A stretch of DNA of 64,000 nucleotides from Gemmatimonadales bacterium (GTDB lineage: Bacteria; Gemmatimonadota; Gemmatimonadetes; Gemmatimonadales; GWC2-71-9): contig JBBCJC010000002.1 in NCBI GenBank assembly GCA_037189525.1, forward strand, positions 864,001 through 928,000. The letters run 5' to 3'. The stretch's first letter is position 1; every line of letters begins with the position of its first letter. The notes under the pieces are model-generated. The model saw nothing but the letters and a program-made list of their open reading frames with translations, searched no databases and had not been told where the DNA came from. Positions 10,280 to 19,827 of the stretch are shown here, in pieces. A program made the position numbers and the translations under genes.

Positions 10280-11307
10280 GGCTTCGCTCCGTGGATGGGG
10301 AGGTCCAGTCGCACGCGAGTGCCTTCCCCGGGTGCAGTGTTCAGGGTCAGCCGGGCGCCCATCTGCGCCGCCCGCCGCGTCATGTTCAGCAGGCCGAATC
10401 CGTCGGCCGACCGTTTGGCCGGGATGCCCTGCCCGTCATCTTCGATTTCGAGGCAGAGGCCGTCGGGATTCTCATGCAGGCGCACCGCAACCCGGCTCGC
10501 GTTGGAGTGCCGCATCGCGTTGCTGACGCCCTCACGGGCAAAATAGACTACCGCGCGACGATGCTGCTCGGGAATCCGGTCCGCTACCTGCGGAGGGATG
10601 TCGATGCTGAGCGCGGGCCCGTCGACCAGCTCGAGGCCCCGAAGCACGCCGGCGAGCGTTTCGTTCCACTGGATGCCCATCGATCCCGGACCGCCCTCAT
10701 CCCGGATCACCCGCCGAACCTCGGCCATTGCATCGCTGACCTGGGCGACCGCCTGGTCGAGGTGCAGCCCCGTGGCCGATGGGTCCGTAGCAAGCGTGGC
10801 CCGCGCGGCGGACAGGCGGAGGCCAAGGCCATAGAGCGATTGCAGGATGCCGTCGTGCATGTCGGCCGACAACTGCTCGCGCGCCTCGAGCAGACGGTGC
10901 AGCGCATTGACGCTCATCCGCAATTCTACTGCAGACTGTTTGGTCTTGGTGACGTCGTGACCGATGACCAGCACGCCGGTCGGCGCGCCCGATGGCTCGC
11001 GAATCGCGCTGATCGATGCCCGGAACCAGCGGGAGACGTTATCGATGGGCAGCGGGATATCCCGCTCCACGTCGTCGGCGGTCTCGGTCGCCGCGCGGAT
11101 CGCTTCCATGATCGCGGGAGCGGCGTCAGGCATCAGATCGGCAACTGATTGCCCGAGGCCGGAGGATGGTTGGTCACCGCCGGACGCCCAACTCGCGTAC
11201 CGCACCGTGCCGCTCAGGTCGAGCAACGCGATGTAGTAGCTCGTACCGGTCACCAGCGCCTGCCAGATCGCGTCGGCGGGAAACGGGTGGGCGTTGGAGA
11301 ACGTCAT
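10276..11307 (-). CDS. Cytoplasmic PAS-containing sensor histidine kinase (HisKA_3 type)
   Basis: PAS-like N-terminus, H-box ADMHDGILQ, REGVSNAMRHS, DDGQG, GFGLLNM; ATGA overlap with the response regulator. Confidence 0.92.
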   Translation of the reverse strand: MTFSNAHPFPADAIWQALVTGTSYYIALLDLSGTVRYASWASGGDQPSSGLGQSVADLMPDAAPAIMEAIRAATETADDVERDIPLPIDNVSRWFRASISAIREPSGAPTGVLVIGHDVTKTKQSAVELRMSVNALHRLLEAREQLSADMHDGILQSLYGLGLRLSAARATLATDPSATGLHLDQAVAQVSDAMAEVRRVIRDEGGPGSMGIQWNETLAGVLRGLELVDGPALSIDIPPQVADRIPEQHRRAVVYFAREGVSNAMRHSNASRVAVRLHENPDGLCLEIEDDGQGIPAKRSADGFGLLNMTRRAAQMGARLTLNTAPGEGTRVRLDLPIHGAKP

Positions 11308-11453
11308 CGGGACCGGGCACCCTCGCGGAATTGGCGATGGACGGCGTCAGTCGCGCAAGTTGACGATATCCCGCTTCGGTGTCTAGTATCCGCCCATTCC
11401 GCTTCAGCGCCTGTTTCCCGAGGGTGCCAGTCTCAGATCTGGAGTCGATGTCG

Positions 11454-13016
11454 ATGCGCCGTTTTGCCTTGCTCGCCAGCTTGATCGCCAGCTTCGCTGG
11501 TGTCGTGCATGCTCAGTCGTTCCCGACCACCGATCCCGTGATTCAGCGGATCTGGGAGGAAGGGATGAACCGTTCCCAAGCCATGGACCTGATGCAGGTG
11601 CTGACCGATTCCGTCGGGCCGCGCCTGACCGGAAGCCCCGGCATTGTGGCCGGGCAGGAATGGCTGATCCGAACCTACGCGCGGTTCGGCGTCACCGCCC
11701 GGAATCAGCGCTACGGCACCTGGCTCGGCTGGCGCCGCGGCGTGTCGCATCTGGATCTGGTCAAGCCGCGGGTCCGGTCGCTCGAAGCCACGATGCTGGC
11801 GTGGAGCGGCGGGACCAAGGGCAAGAGTGTCGAGGGGTCGACCGTGATTCTGCCGCTGCTGCAGGACGCGGCCGCCTTCCAGGCCTGGCTGCCGAACGTG
11901 CGCGGCAAGTTCGTGCTGATCTCGCAACCGATGCCGACCTGCCGGCCCGATGCCAGCTATCGGGAGTTCGCGCTGCCGCAGACCTTCGACGCCATGGTCC
12001 GGGAACGCACCGCGGGCCGCGACGACTGGGCCGAGCGGCTCCGTCGCACCGGGCTGTCCAACCGGGACCTGCCGGTGGCGCTGGAACGGGCCGGCGCGCT
12101 TGGTGTGCTGACGTCGCTCTGGTCGCAGGGGTGGGGCGTGACCAAGGTGTTCCAGGCGAGAACCCGTGAGGTTCCCTCGATGGACCTGAGCTGCGAAGAC
12201 TACGGCCTCGTCTACCGGCTCACCGAGAAGAATCAGGGGCCGGTCGTCCGCGCCTTTGCCGACGCGGAGTTCCAGGGCGAAATCCCGGTCTTCAATACCA
12301 TCGCCGAGATTCGGGGGACCGAACGCCCCGATGAGTACGTGATGCTGTCGGCCCACTTCGATTCATGGGATGCCGCCAGCGGCGCCACCGACAATGCCAC
12401 TGGCACCATCACGATGCTGGAGGCGATTCGGATCCTTCGCCAGGTCTATCCGAATCCCAAGCGGACCATCCTGGTCGGTCACTGGAACGGCGAAGAGCAG
12501 GGGCTCAACGGCTCACGCGCCTTCGTCGAGGACAACCCGAAGGTGGTCGCCGGGTTGCAGGCGCTGTTCAATCAGGACAACGGCACCGGACGGGTCGTCA
12601 ACATGTCGGCCGGCGGCCTGGTCGGCGCGGCGCCGTTCCTGGCCGAGTGGCTCAGCAAAGTCCCCAACGAGATTTCGCGCCACATCACCTTCCAGTTCCC
12701 TGGCACGCCGGCCGGCGGCGGGTCTGACCACGCCTCGTTCCTCTGCTCGTCGGCGCCGGGCTTCAGCCTGGGGGCGCTCAACTGGGAGTATGGGACCTAC
12801 ACCTGGCACACCAACCGGGACACCTACGACAAGGTGATTCCGGACGAGATCCGGAACAACGCCGTGCTCACTGCCATGCTGACGTACCTGGCGGCCGAGG
12901 ACACCCGGACGGTACCGCGCCAGCAGCGGATCATGCCGGTGGGTGCCAACGGGCAGCCCGGGGCCTGGCCGGCCTGTGTCCCGGCCACTCGGAGCTCGAC
13001 CCAGTCGACCCGCTGA
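11454..13016 (+). CDS. Secreted M28 metallopeptidase (carboxypeptidase Q-like)
   Basis: Signal peptide, GPRLTGS, SAHFDSW, GATDNATG, GEEQGL, SDH, HT..D; GGAG RBS at 11441. Confidence 0.9.
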   Translation: MRRFALLASLIASFAGVVHAQSFPTTDPVIQRIWEEGMNRSQAMDLMQVLTDSVGPRLTGSPGIVAGQEWLIRTYARFGVTARNQRYGTWLGWRRGVSHLDLVKPRVRSLEATMLAWSGGTKGKSVEGSTVILPLLQDAAAFQAWLPNVRGKFVLISQPMPTCRPDASYREFALPQTFDAMVRERTAGRDDWAERLRRTGLSNRDLPVALERAGALGVLTSLWSQGWGVTKVFQARTREVPSMDLSCEDYGLVYRLTEKNQGPVVRAFADAEFQGEIPVFNTIAEIRGTERPDEYVMLSAHFDSWDAASGATDNATGTITMLEAIRILRQVYPNPKRTILVGHWNGEEQGLNGSRAFVEDNPKVVAGLQALFNQDNGTGRVVNMSAGGLVGAAPFLAEWLSKVPNEISRHITFQFPGTPAGGGSDHASFLCSSAPGFSLGALNWEYGTYTWHTNRDTYDKVIPDEIRNNAVLTAMLTYLAAEDTRTVPRQQRIMPVGANGQPGAWPACVPATRSSTQSTR

Positions 13017-13046
13017 AGCACTGCCTTCAGTGACATCGGCCGGACC

Positions 13047-13083
13047 GGGGGGAGAGGTGCAAAGCTCGAATCTCTTCCCCCCC
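13047..13083. terminator. Probable bidirectional terminator between convergent genes
   Basis: GGGGGGAGAG pairs with CTCTTCCCCCC between the M28 peptidase and Ig-lipoprotein stops. Confidence 0.5.
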
Positions 13084-13093
13084 TCCGTCACTC

Positions 13094-14878
13094 TCAGGGA
13101 AAGCTGCATGTCTCCGCGAAGTTCGGGTTTATGTACGGCGTCTTGGTCGTGTTTACCGTGAAGTATGCGATAGCAGTGCCATTCTTGACCAGGATTGGCG
13201 GTGTCGATGCGTACGGGTTGAAGGCCGAGAAGGACGAGTAGCGGCTACCGTACTTGCCATATTCGTTGTAGACGCTGAGAGAACCGTACCGCGATCCATA
13301 CGTTCCGTACTCGTTGTAGATCGACTGCGAGTCGAAACGATTTGTCAGTCGTCCGAGATAGACGCCGTCGTCGCCAATCACCGATGCCCCCGCAATTTGG
13401 GTGCAAAGGCTACCTCCGGATCCCCCGGAGGATGGGACGACGGTTACTTGGATGCTGCCGGACTTACCCTCAGAACTCGCCGTGATTGTTGCCGTGCCCG
13501 TTTTCAGGCCGACGATGACTGCTGTTTCGTCCAGGATGTAGCCGCTGACCACGGTTAGATCGCTACTTGTCCAAGTTACCTGACGTCCAGTGAGCGTGTT
13601 CCCGCTAGCGTCCTTCAGGACTGCTGTCAGCGTGGCAGCCTGCCCGAGCGGGAGGCTTCCTCCTCCGGGAAGAATCGTTACCGACGCTACGGGCGTGCTG
13701 GTAATGGTAACGGTTGCGGTTGCTGATTTCCCTTCGGAGGTCGCTGTCACGATTGCCGAACCCACGGCTACGCCCGTAACCACACCCGTCGCAGAGACGG
13801 TCGCGATGCTTGTGCTTGAGCTTGTCCATGCGACGGTTCGGTCAATCAACGGATTGCCCTGGGCGTCCTGCGGTATTGCGGAAAGGGGAACTGTCTGTCC
13901 AACTGTTAGCGACACAACACCCGGTGATACGAGGATGGCTGCGACAGGTGCCGGTGTGACCGTGATGATTGCCGTACCGAATACTCCCTGACTTGTTGCG
14001 GAGATAGTTGTACTTCCGGGGGTATGGCTCGTGACAACGCCGGCTTGAGAAACGGTCGCCACCTCGGGAGTTGATGACGTCCATGTGAAGCTATAGCCCG
14101 TCAGAGGATTGTTGCCTGCGTCGCGGGCAGTGGCTGTGAGCTGCGTTGTTGTCCCGGCAACGACCGTTGGGGTTGAAGGCTGAATGCTGATCGAAGTGAC
14201 GGTCGGGGCAGTGATGGTCGCTGGTGCAGTGCCGTCGACGCCGCCGATCGTTGCGGTAATGACTGCGGATCCGATGCTCAGTGCCGAAACCTCTCCAGTA
14301 GCGCTGACAGTGGCGACAGCGGGGGCACTTGAACGCCACGTTACTGCGCGCCCTGCCAGGAGGTTCCCCTCGGCATCTCGAGCAGAGGCCGTAAGGGTCT
14401 CCGTTCTTCCCACGGTCAGGCTCAGTGTACCTGGCGAAATGGCCACGAGAGCCACAGGTACCGGGTCAACGGTGACGGTTGCTGAACCTGCTACCCCCTC
14501 GGATGTCGCCGAGATCGTCGTGGTCCCGATGGTCACCGCTGTGACCACGCCTTCCTGACTTACGCTTGCTATCGCTGAATTGCCGGATGTCCAAGACACG
14601 GTTCGACCTGGCAGGTTGTTGCCAGCGGCGTCCCGCGCGGTAGCCACGAAGGTGTGAGTCTTTCCAACGACGATCGACTGATTGTTGGGAGACACGAGGA
14701 CGGACGCTACCGGTGCGGGCGGTGGCGGCGGTGGTGGTGGTGGCGGCGCAGGAGGAGTTCCGGTTGGTCCGTCTCCTCCTCCACAAGCAAGCACACCTGC
14801 AGTTGCAAGGAGTATTGAGACCGAGACAACTGAACGACTGGGAGACCTGCTCCCGGGCAGTCGACCCGACAGTGCCAT
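13094..14878 (-). CDS. Lipoprotein with poly-Pro linker, five bacterial Ig-like (Big_2) domains and a Tyr/Gly/Ser-rich C-terminal domain
   Basis: Lipobox GVLA-C, P-rich linker, five V..V.I.P..L.A..RDA.GN.L..R.VTWxSS..VATVS..G.VT repeats; GAGG before ATG 14878. Confidence 0.88.
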   Translation of the reverse strand: MALSGRLPGSRSPSRSVVSVSILLATAGVLACGGGDGPTGTPPAPPPPPPPPPPAPVASVLVSPNNQSIVVGKTHTFVATARDAAGNNLPGRTVSWTSGNSAIASVSQEGVVTAVTIGTTTISATSEGVAGSATVTVDPVPVALVAISPGTLSLTVGRTETLTASARDAEGNLLAGRAVTWRSSAPAVATVSATGEVSALSIGSAVITATIGGVDGTAPATITAPTVTSISIQPSTPTVVAGTTTQLTATARDAGNNPLTGYSFTWTSSTPEVATVSQAGVVTSHTPGSTTISATSQGVFGTAIITVTPAPVAAILVSPGVVSLTVGQTVPLSAIPQDAQGNPLIDRTVAWTSSSTSIATVSATGVVTGVAVGSAIVTATSEGKSATATVTITSTPVASVTILPGGGSLPLGQAATLTAVLKDASGNTLTGRQVTWTSSDLTVVSGYILDETAVIVGLKTGTATITASSEGKSGSIQVTVVPSSGGSGGSLCTQIAGASVIGDDGVYLGRLTNRFDSQSIYNEYGTYGSRYGSLSVYNEYGKYGSRYSSFSAFNPYASTPPILVKNGTAIAYFTVNTTKTPYINPNFAETCSFP

Positions 14879-14952
14879 GAAGTCCTCAAGGGGGGAATTA
14901 GTGACAATATGTGATTTTTGCATACTGCCGTCCAGTGGGGATCGTATGGGGT

Positions 14953-15207
14953 ATGCGCAGTCTGCATACCCCGGCTTATCGCCAATTTCTTAGGCAGTTC
15001 GTCGCTGCCCGCCGGGCGGCTGGGTTAACGCAAGTGGAAGTGGCACACGCCCTCCAGATTCCTCAGTCTCGTGTGTCCCGCATGGAGTCCGGAGAACGCC
15101 GGGTAGATGTGGTCGAACTGGTCGCGTTTGCGCGGTTATATCGGAAGTCCCTTGCGTACTTCGTGCGGCTGGTCCGCCTGCCTCGTCCCTCTACGTCGGC
15201 CCGCTAG
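14953..15207 (+). CDS. XRE/Cro-C1 helix-turn-helix protein
   Basis: MRSLHTPAY..ARRAAGLTQVEVA..PQSRVSRMESGERRVDVVEL. Confidence 0.88.
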   Translation: MRSLHTPAYRQFLRQFVAARRAAGLTQVEVAHALQIPQSRVSRMESGERRVDVVELVAFARLYRKSLAYFVRLVRLPRPSTSAR

Positions 15208-15356
15208 GCTGGAGTGCGGGTGAGCGTTGGGCTTTTCCGGAACTTGGCATCAAATTCGTCCCGACCCCCTTGGACTTGTAGGTCCGTCCCATCCTCGTCA
15301 TTCCCGGTCCCACGAACGGACACCTGCTCTTGCAAGAGGTCCGGATGTCGTTTATG

Positions 15357-15411
15357 TAAGTCGTTGTAAGTAAAATGCTTACGACGGATTGATCGGCGGC
15401 ACGGAAGTTCC
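15357..15411 (+). promoter_or_regulatory. Candidate sigma54 promoter (deviant -12) with IHF-like box, upstream of the HlyD operon
   Basis: TAAGTCGTTG at 15357; CGGCACGGAAGTTCC at 15397-15411 (GG-N10-CC instead of GC); a sigma54 activator is encoded downstream in the cluster. Confidence 0.5.
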
Positions 15412-15454
15412 TTTAGGATCGGGAAGCACAGTCCCTGACTCTGGAGCACATCTC

Positions 15455-16702
15455 GTGGATATCGTCCGAGACAAACCGCGCGACAAGAAAAAGATCATCC
15501 TGGGCATTGTCGGCGTTGCCAGCGTGGTGGCCGTATCGGTGGCCCTCGCGAACCTGAAGCCGGCCGCTCCGTCGGTCGATTCCGGTACGATCTATTTCGA
15601 TTCCGTGGTGCAGGGGGAGATGATCCGCGAGGTTCGCGGGCCGGGCACCCTGGTTCCCGAAGACATCCGCTGGATCACTGCCGTCACCGCCGGTCGAATC
15701 GAGAAGATCCATCACCTCGCGGGCGTGCAGGTGGAACCGGGTACCATCCTGATGGAACTGGTCAACCCGGACGTCCAGATCCAGACCCTGAATGCCGACC
15801 GCCAGCTGACCGACGCCGAGGCGGCCCTGGTCCAGCTCAAAACCAACCTGGAAAGCAACCGGCTCAACCAGGCGTCGCTGGTGGCCCAGATGCGGCAGGA
15901 GTCGGCCGACGCCAAACGGCGCGCCGAGGCGGGGGCGGAACTGCTCAAGAAGAACCTGATCGTGCCGCTCGACCAGCAGCAGGCGCAGGATCGGTCGACG
16001 TCCCTGATCGAACGGCTCGAGCTCGAGAACCAGCGGCTCGCGATCCTGTCCAACACCATCGCCGATCAGATCAAGGTCCAGGAGGAGCAGGTCGAGCGGT
16101 TACGGTCGATCTCCAAGTTCCAGCACGGTCTGGCCGGGTCGATGACGGTCAGGGCCGGGGCGACGGGCATCCTGCAGGAAGTGCCCCTCCAGGTCGGTCA
16201 GTACGCCCTTCCGGGCGCGACGCTGGCCAAGGTCGTCCCGACGCCGATCCGGCTCAAGGCGGTGCTCCGGATTCCGGAAACCCAGGCCCGCGACCTGGCC
16301 ATGGGTCAGAAGGCGACGATCGACACACGCAACGGATTTGCCCCGGGAAGGATCATACGTATTGATCCGGCCTCGATTAACGGCACGGTCACCGTCGACG
16401 TGATCATGGACGGCGATCTGCCCGCTGGCTCCCGGCCCGATCTAAGCATCGACGGGACCATCGAGCTCGAGCGGCTGGAGAACGTGATGCACGTGGGTCG
16501 TCCCACCGTGGCCCAGGCAAACAGCCTCGGCACCGTGTTCCGGCTGGTCGACAACAAGACCCACGCCGAGCGAGTCCAGGTGAAGTTCGGCCAGACCTCG
16601 GTGAGCCGGGTCGAGATCCTTGAGGGTCTCAATCCGGGCGATATCATCATCATGTCGGACATGTCCCAGTGGGACAACGTCGACCGTGTCCGAATCAAGT
16701 AG
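15455..16702 (+). CDS. HlyD/RND-type efflux periplasmic adaptor subunit
   Basis: N-terminal TM helix, VRGPGTLVPE, coiled coil, RIDPAS.NGTVTVD, RPDLSIDGTIE; GGAG RBS with GTG at 15455. Confidence 0.9.
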   Translation: MDIVRDKPRDKKKIILGIVGVASVVAVSVALANLKPAAPSVDSGTIYFDSVVQGEMIREVRGPGTLVPEDIRWITAVTAGRIEKIHHLAGVQVEPGTILMELVNPDVQIQTLNADRQLTDAEAALVQLKTNLESNRLNQASLVAQMRQESADAKRRAEAGAELLKKNLIVPLDQQQAQDRSTSLIERLELENQRLAILSNTIADQIKVQEEQVERLRSISKFQHGLAGSMTVRAGATGILQEVPLQVGQYALPGATLAKVVPTPIRLKAVLRIPETQARDLAMGQKATIDTRNGFAPGRIIRIDPASINGTVTVDVIMDGDLPAGSRPDLSIDGTIELERLENVMHVGRPTVAQANSLGTVFRLVDNKTHAERVQVKFGQTSVSRVEILEGLNPGDIIIMSDMSQWDNVDRVRIK

Positions 16703-16762
16703 ACCGGCAATTCCGTAGACTGGTTGCGACCCGTACTTCGTACCCCGAACCCCGGCCAATCC

Positions 16763-17467
16763 ATGACCGCACCCGGCGAGACCCTGATCAAGCTCGAAGG
16801 CATCAAGAAGGTGTTCTTCACGGACGAACTCGAGACCCACGCGCTCGCAGACATCCACCTCGGGATCGAAAAGGGCGAGTTCGTCTCGATCTCGGGCCCG
16901 TCGGGCTGCGGTAAGACGACGCTGCTCTCGCTTCTGGGTCTGCTCGACACGCCCACCGGCGGGAAGTACACCCTGGCCGGGCACTCGGTGGAAAGCCTGA
17001 CGCCCTCGGAACGGGCCCGGGTCCGCAACCGCCAGATCGGCTTCATCTTCCAGGCCTTCAATCTGATCGGCGATCTCACCGTATATGAGAACGTCGAACT
17101 CCCGCTCACCTACCGCGGCATGCCGTCGGCGGAGCGGCATCAGCGGGTGGTCGCGGCCCTCGAGCGGGTCGGTATGGCGCATCGGATGAAACACTATCCT
17201 TCGCAGCTTTCGGGCGGTCAGCAGCAGCGCGTGGCCGTGGCTCGTGCCGTCGCCGGCGACCCGGCCATCCTGCTGGCGGACGAGCCGACCGGTAACCTCG
17301 ACTCGCAGAACGGCGAAGCCGTGATGGAGTTGCTCCGCGAGCTGCATCAGGGCGGCGCCACGATCTGCATGGTGACCCACGACGCGCGCTACTCGAAGTG
17401 GGCCGATCGCGAGATTCACCTGTTCGACGGCAAGGTGGTGGAGGAAGAAGAACTGGCCAAGGCCTGA
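16763..17467 (+). CDS. ABC transporter ATP-binding protein (MacB/LolD-like)
   Basis: [30 protein letters not shown]. Confidence 0.95.
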   Translation: MTAPGETLIKLEGIKKVFFTDELETHALADIHLGIEKGEFVSISGPSGCGKTTLLSLLGLLDTPTGGKYTLAGHSVESLTPSERARVRNRQIGFIFQAFNLIGDLTVYENVELPLTYRGMPSAERHQRVVAALERVGMAHRMKHYPSQLSGGQQQRVAVARAVAGDPAILLADEPTGNLDSQNGEAVMELLRELHQGGATICMVTHDARYSKWADREIHLFDGKVVEEEELAKA

Positions 17468-17494
17468 CGGCCGCGCAGGCGGCGGGAGTCCCTC

Positions 17495-17690
17495 ATGGTG
17501 AACTTGCGTATCGCGATCCGAGGGTTGACCCGCACGCCTGCCTTCACGGTGGTCGTTGCCCTCTCGCTGGGTGTCGGGTCGGGGCGGTGACCACCTCGCT
17601 TTCCTGGTTCGATGCGTTTCGTGATGCGGCTGCTGTCGGCCGCGGTCGCGCCCGAGCGTCTCGCGGCGGTCGCCCGCAGGCGCGAGGCTG
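17495..17690 (+). pseudogene. Frameshifted N-terminal remnant of an ADOP/MacB-type ABC permease
   Basis: GGGAG RBS, then MVNLRIAIRGLTRTPAFTVVVALSLGVG (stop at 17590); continues in other frames as GAVTTSLSWFDAF and VMRLLSAAVAPERLAAV, paralleling the intact permease segment [47 protein letters not shown] at about 35650. Confidence 0.75.
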
Positions 17691-17766
17691 GCCGCGTGCC
17701 CGTCGAGTGCTCAGGGACTGAGCCCGTGGGTAGGCACCAAGTCTCTTCATCCCCTACATTCCGCTC

Positions 17767-18444
17767 ATGATTCAGCTCGCCAATATCGAGAAGTTCTTTC
17801 AGACCGGCCCGACCCGCACCTACGTGCTCCGGCAGGTCAACCTGGAGATCCGTGCCGGAGAGTTCGTCACCGTCATGGGCCCCTCCGGTGCCGGGAAATC
17901 GACCCTGCTCGGCATCCTGGGGATGTTGGACGCCAACTGGAGCGGCGAGTTCTTCTTTCTCGACCACGCAGTGCATGCCATCAAGCCGAAGCACCGGGCC
18001 GAGCTCAACAAGCAGTACATCGGGTTCGTATTCCAGCAATACCATCTGATCGACAGCCTGACCGTCTACGAGAACATCGAGACGCCGCTCACCTACCGCG
18101 ACTACGGTCGCGCCGAGCGGCAGGCCATGGTGGCGGACATTCTCGACCGCTTCCAGATCGTCGGCAAGAAGGACCTGTTCCCGAGCCAGCTCTCCGGCGG
18201 CCAGCAGCAGCTGGTCGGCGTGGCGCGCGCGGTGGTGGCCAAGCCCAAGCTGATCCTCGCCGACGAGCCGACCGGTAACCTGCATTCCGATCAGGCGCGC
18301 GAGATCATGGAGTTGTTCACTCGGCTCAACAGCGAGGGGACCACGATCATCCAGGTGACCCACTCGCTCGAGAATGCCCAATACGGCAACCGGATCATCC
18401 AGCTCAAAGACGGTTGGGTGGTCGGCGAGGAACGGGTGCGATGA
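17767..18444 (+). CDS. Second ABC transporter ATP-binding protein (MacB/LolD-like)
   Basis: [29 protein letters not shown]. Confidence 0.95.
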   Translation: MIQLANIEKFFQTGPTRTYVLRQVNLEIRAGEFVTVMGPSGAGKSTLLGILGMLDANWSGEFFFLDHAVHAIKPKHRAELNKQYIGFVFQQYHLIDSLTVYENIETPLTYRDYGRAERQAMVADILDRFQIVGKKDLFPSQLSGGQQQLVGVARAVVAKPKLILADEPTGNLHSDQAREIMELFTRLNSEGTTIIQVTHSLENAQYGNRIIQLKDGWVVGEERVR

Positions 18445-19814
18445 AGGAGGGGGCTCCGGTCGTCCTGCTCGCCGACGACCAGCCCGACGTGCTGGAGGCC
18501 CTCCGCCTGCTGCTCAAGGCCGAGGGCTTTCTGGTCCAGACGGCGCACGTGCCGGAAGGGGTGATGGCCATCCTCGAACGGAATGTGGTCGACGCCGCCC
18601 TGATCGATCTCAACTACACGCGCGATACCACCTCGGGCCGCGAAGGGCTCGATCTGCTCTCGCGGATCCGCGCCCACGATCCGACGCTTCCTGTCATCGT
18701 GATGACCGCCTGGGGCAGCGTCGATAAAGCCGTCGAAGCCATGCGGTTCGGCGCCCGGGATTTCATCGAGAAGCCCTGGGACAACGCCCGTCTGCTGACG
18801 ACCCTGCGGACCCAGATCGAATTGGCCAGGGCGCTCAGGGCCGCCTCCCGTCTCGAACAGGAAAATCGGCTGCTGCGCAACGAGGGGCTGCCGGACCTGA
18901 TCGCGGAGTCGGCGGTGATGCGGCCGATCCTGCAGGTGATGGAACGGATCGCGCCCAGCGACGCCAACGTGCTGATTACCGGCGAGCACGGGACCGGCAA
19001 AGAAGTGGTCGCGCGCTGGCTCCATGCCGCCTCCCGCCGCGCCGACAAGCCGCTGGTGATCGTCAACGCCGGCGGCCTGCCGGAGGGCGTCTTCGAGAGC
19101 GAGCTCTTCGGGCACGTCAAAGGCGCCTTTACCGATGCCAAGACCGACCGGATCGGGCGCTTCGAGATGGCGAGCGGCGGTACCCTGTTTCTGGACGAGA
19201 TTGCTAATATCGGAATGGCGCAGCAGGCCCGCTTGCTGCGCGTGCTGCAGACCGGAGAGCTCGAGCGGGTCGGCTCGTCCGTGACACGCCGGGTCGATGT
19301 TCGGGTCCTCGCCGCCACCAACGCCAACCTGCAGGCCGAGGTGGCCGCGGGACGGTTCCGCGAAGATCTGCTCTTCCGGCTCAATACCATCGAGATCAGG
19401 CTACCCGGCTTGCGGGAACGCCGCGACGATATCCGGGCCTTGGCAGGGCATTTCCTCGGGCGGTACGGCCAACGCTACCAGCGGCCGCGCACCGGTTTTT
19501 CCGACGAGGCTCTGCAGGCGCTGCTGCGCTATGATTGGCCCGGCAACATCCGCGAACTCGATCACGCCATCGAACGGGCCGTACTGCTCTCGCAGGGAGA
19601 GCGGATCGAGGTCTGGGATCTCGGTCTTCCGCGCCGCGAAGATCGCCCGGCGGGGAGCGAGGGGCCGCAGAGCCTCGACGATCTGGAGCGGGATGCCATC
19701 AAGCAGGCGCTGGCCCGATTTGACGGCAACGTCAGTCTCGCCGCCAAATCGCTCGGCGTCAGTCGCTCGGCGCTCTACCGTCGGCTGCAGCGCTTCGGCT
19801 TGTCTCCCTCCTGA
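18441..19814 (+). CDS. NtrC-family sigma54-dependent response regulator
   Basis: REC domain, GEHGTGKE, ESELFGH, GAFTDA, LFLDEI, WPGNIREL, Fis HTH; ATG at 18441. Confidence 0.95.
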   Translation: MKEGAPVVLLADDQPDVLEALRLLLKAEGFLVQTAHVPEGVMAILERNVVDAALIDLNYTRDTTSGREGLDLLSRIRAHDPTLPVIVMTAWGSVDKAVEAMRFGARDFIEKPWDNARLLTTLRTQIELARALRAASRLEQENRLLRNEGLPDLIAESAVMRPILQVMERIAPSDANVLITGEHGTGKEVVARWLHAASRRADKPLVIVNAGGLPEGVFESELFGHVKGAFTDAKTDRIGRFEMASGGTLFLDEIANIGMAQQARLLRVLQTGELERVGSSVTRRVDVRVLAATNANLQAEVAAGRFREDLLFRLNTIEIRLPGLRERRDDIRALAGHFLGRYGQRYQRPRTGFSDEALQALLRYDWPGNIRELDHAIERAVLLSQGERIEVWDLGLPRREDRPAGSEGPQSLDDLERDAIKQALARFDGNVSLAAKSLGVSRSALYRRLQRFGLSPS

Positions 19815-19827
19815 TCTCCCGTCGTAG

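Noticed and set aside
13029..13092. AGTGAC..GTCACT-flanked inverted repeat as an attC site or MITE
   Set aside because: Lacks RYYYAAC/GTTRRRY ends and I saw no second copy; a terminator is the simpler explanation
14712..14756. GGT/GGC triplet run
   Set aside because: Encodes the poly-Pro linker of the lipoprotein; not an independent repeat element
15245..15260. TGGCATCAAATTCGT as a sigma54 site
   Set aside because: No GC at -12 and poorly placed relative to the IHF-like box; the 15397 site fits better
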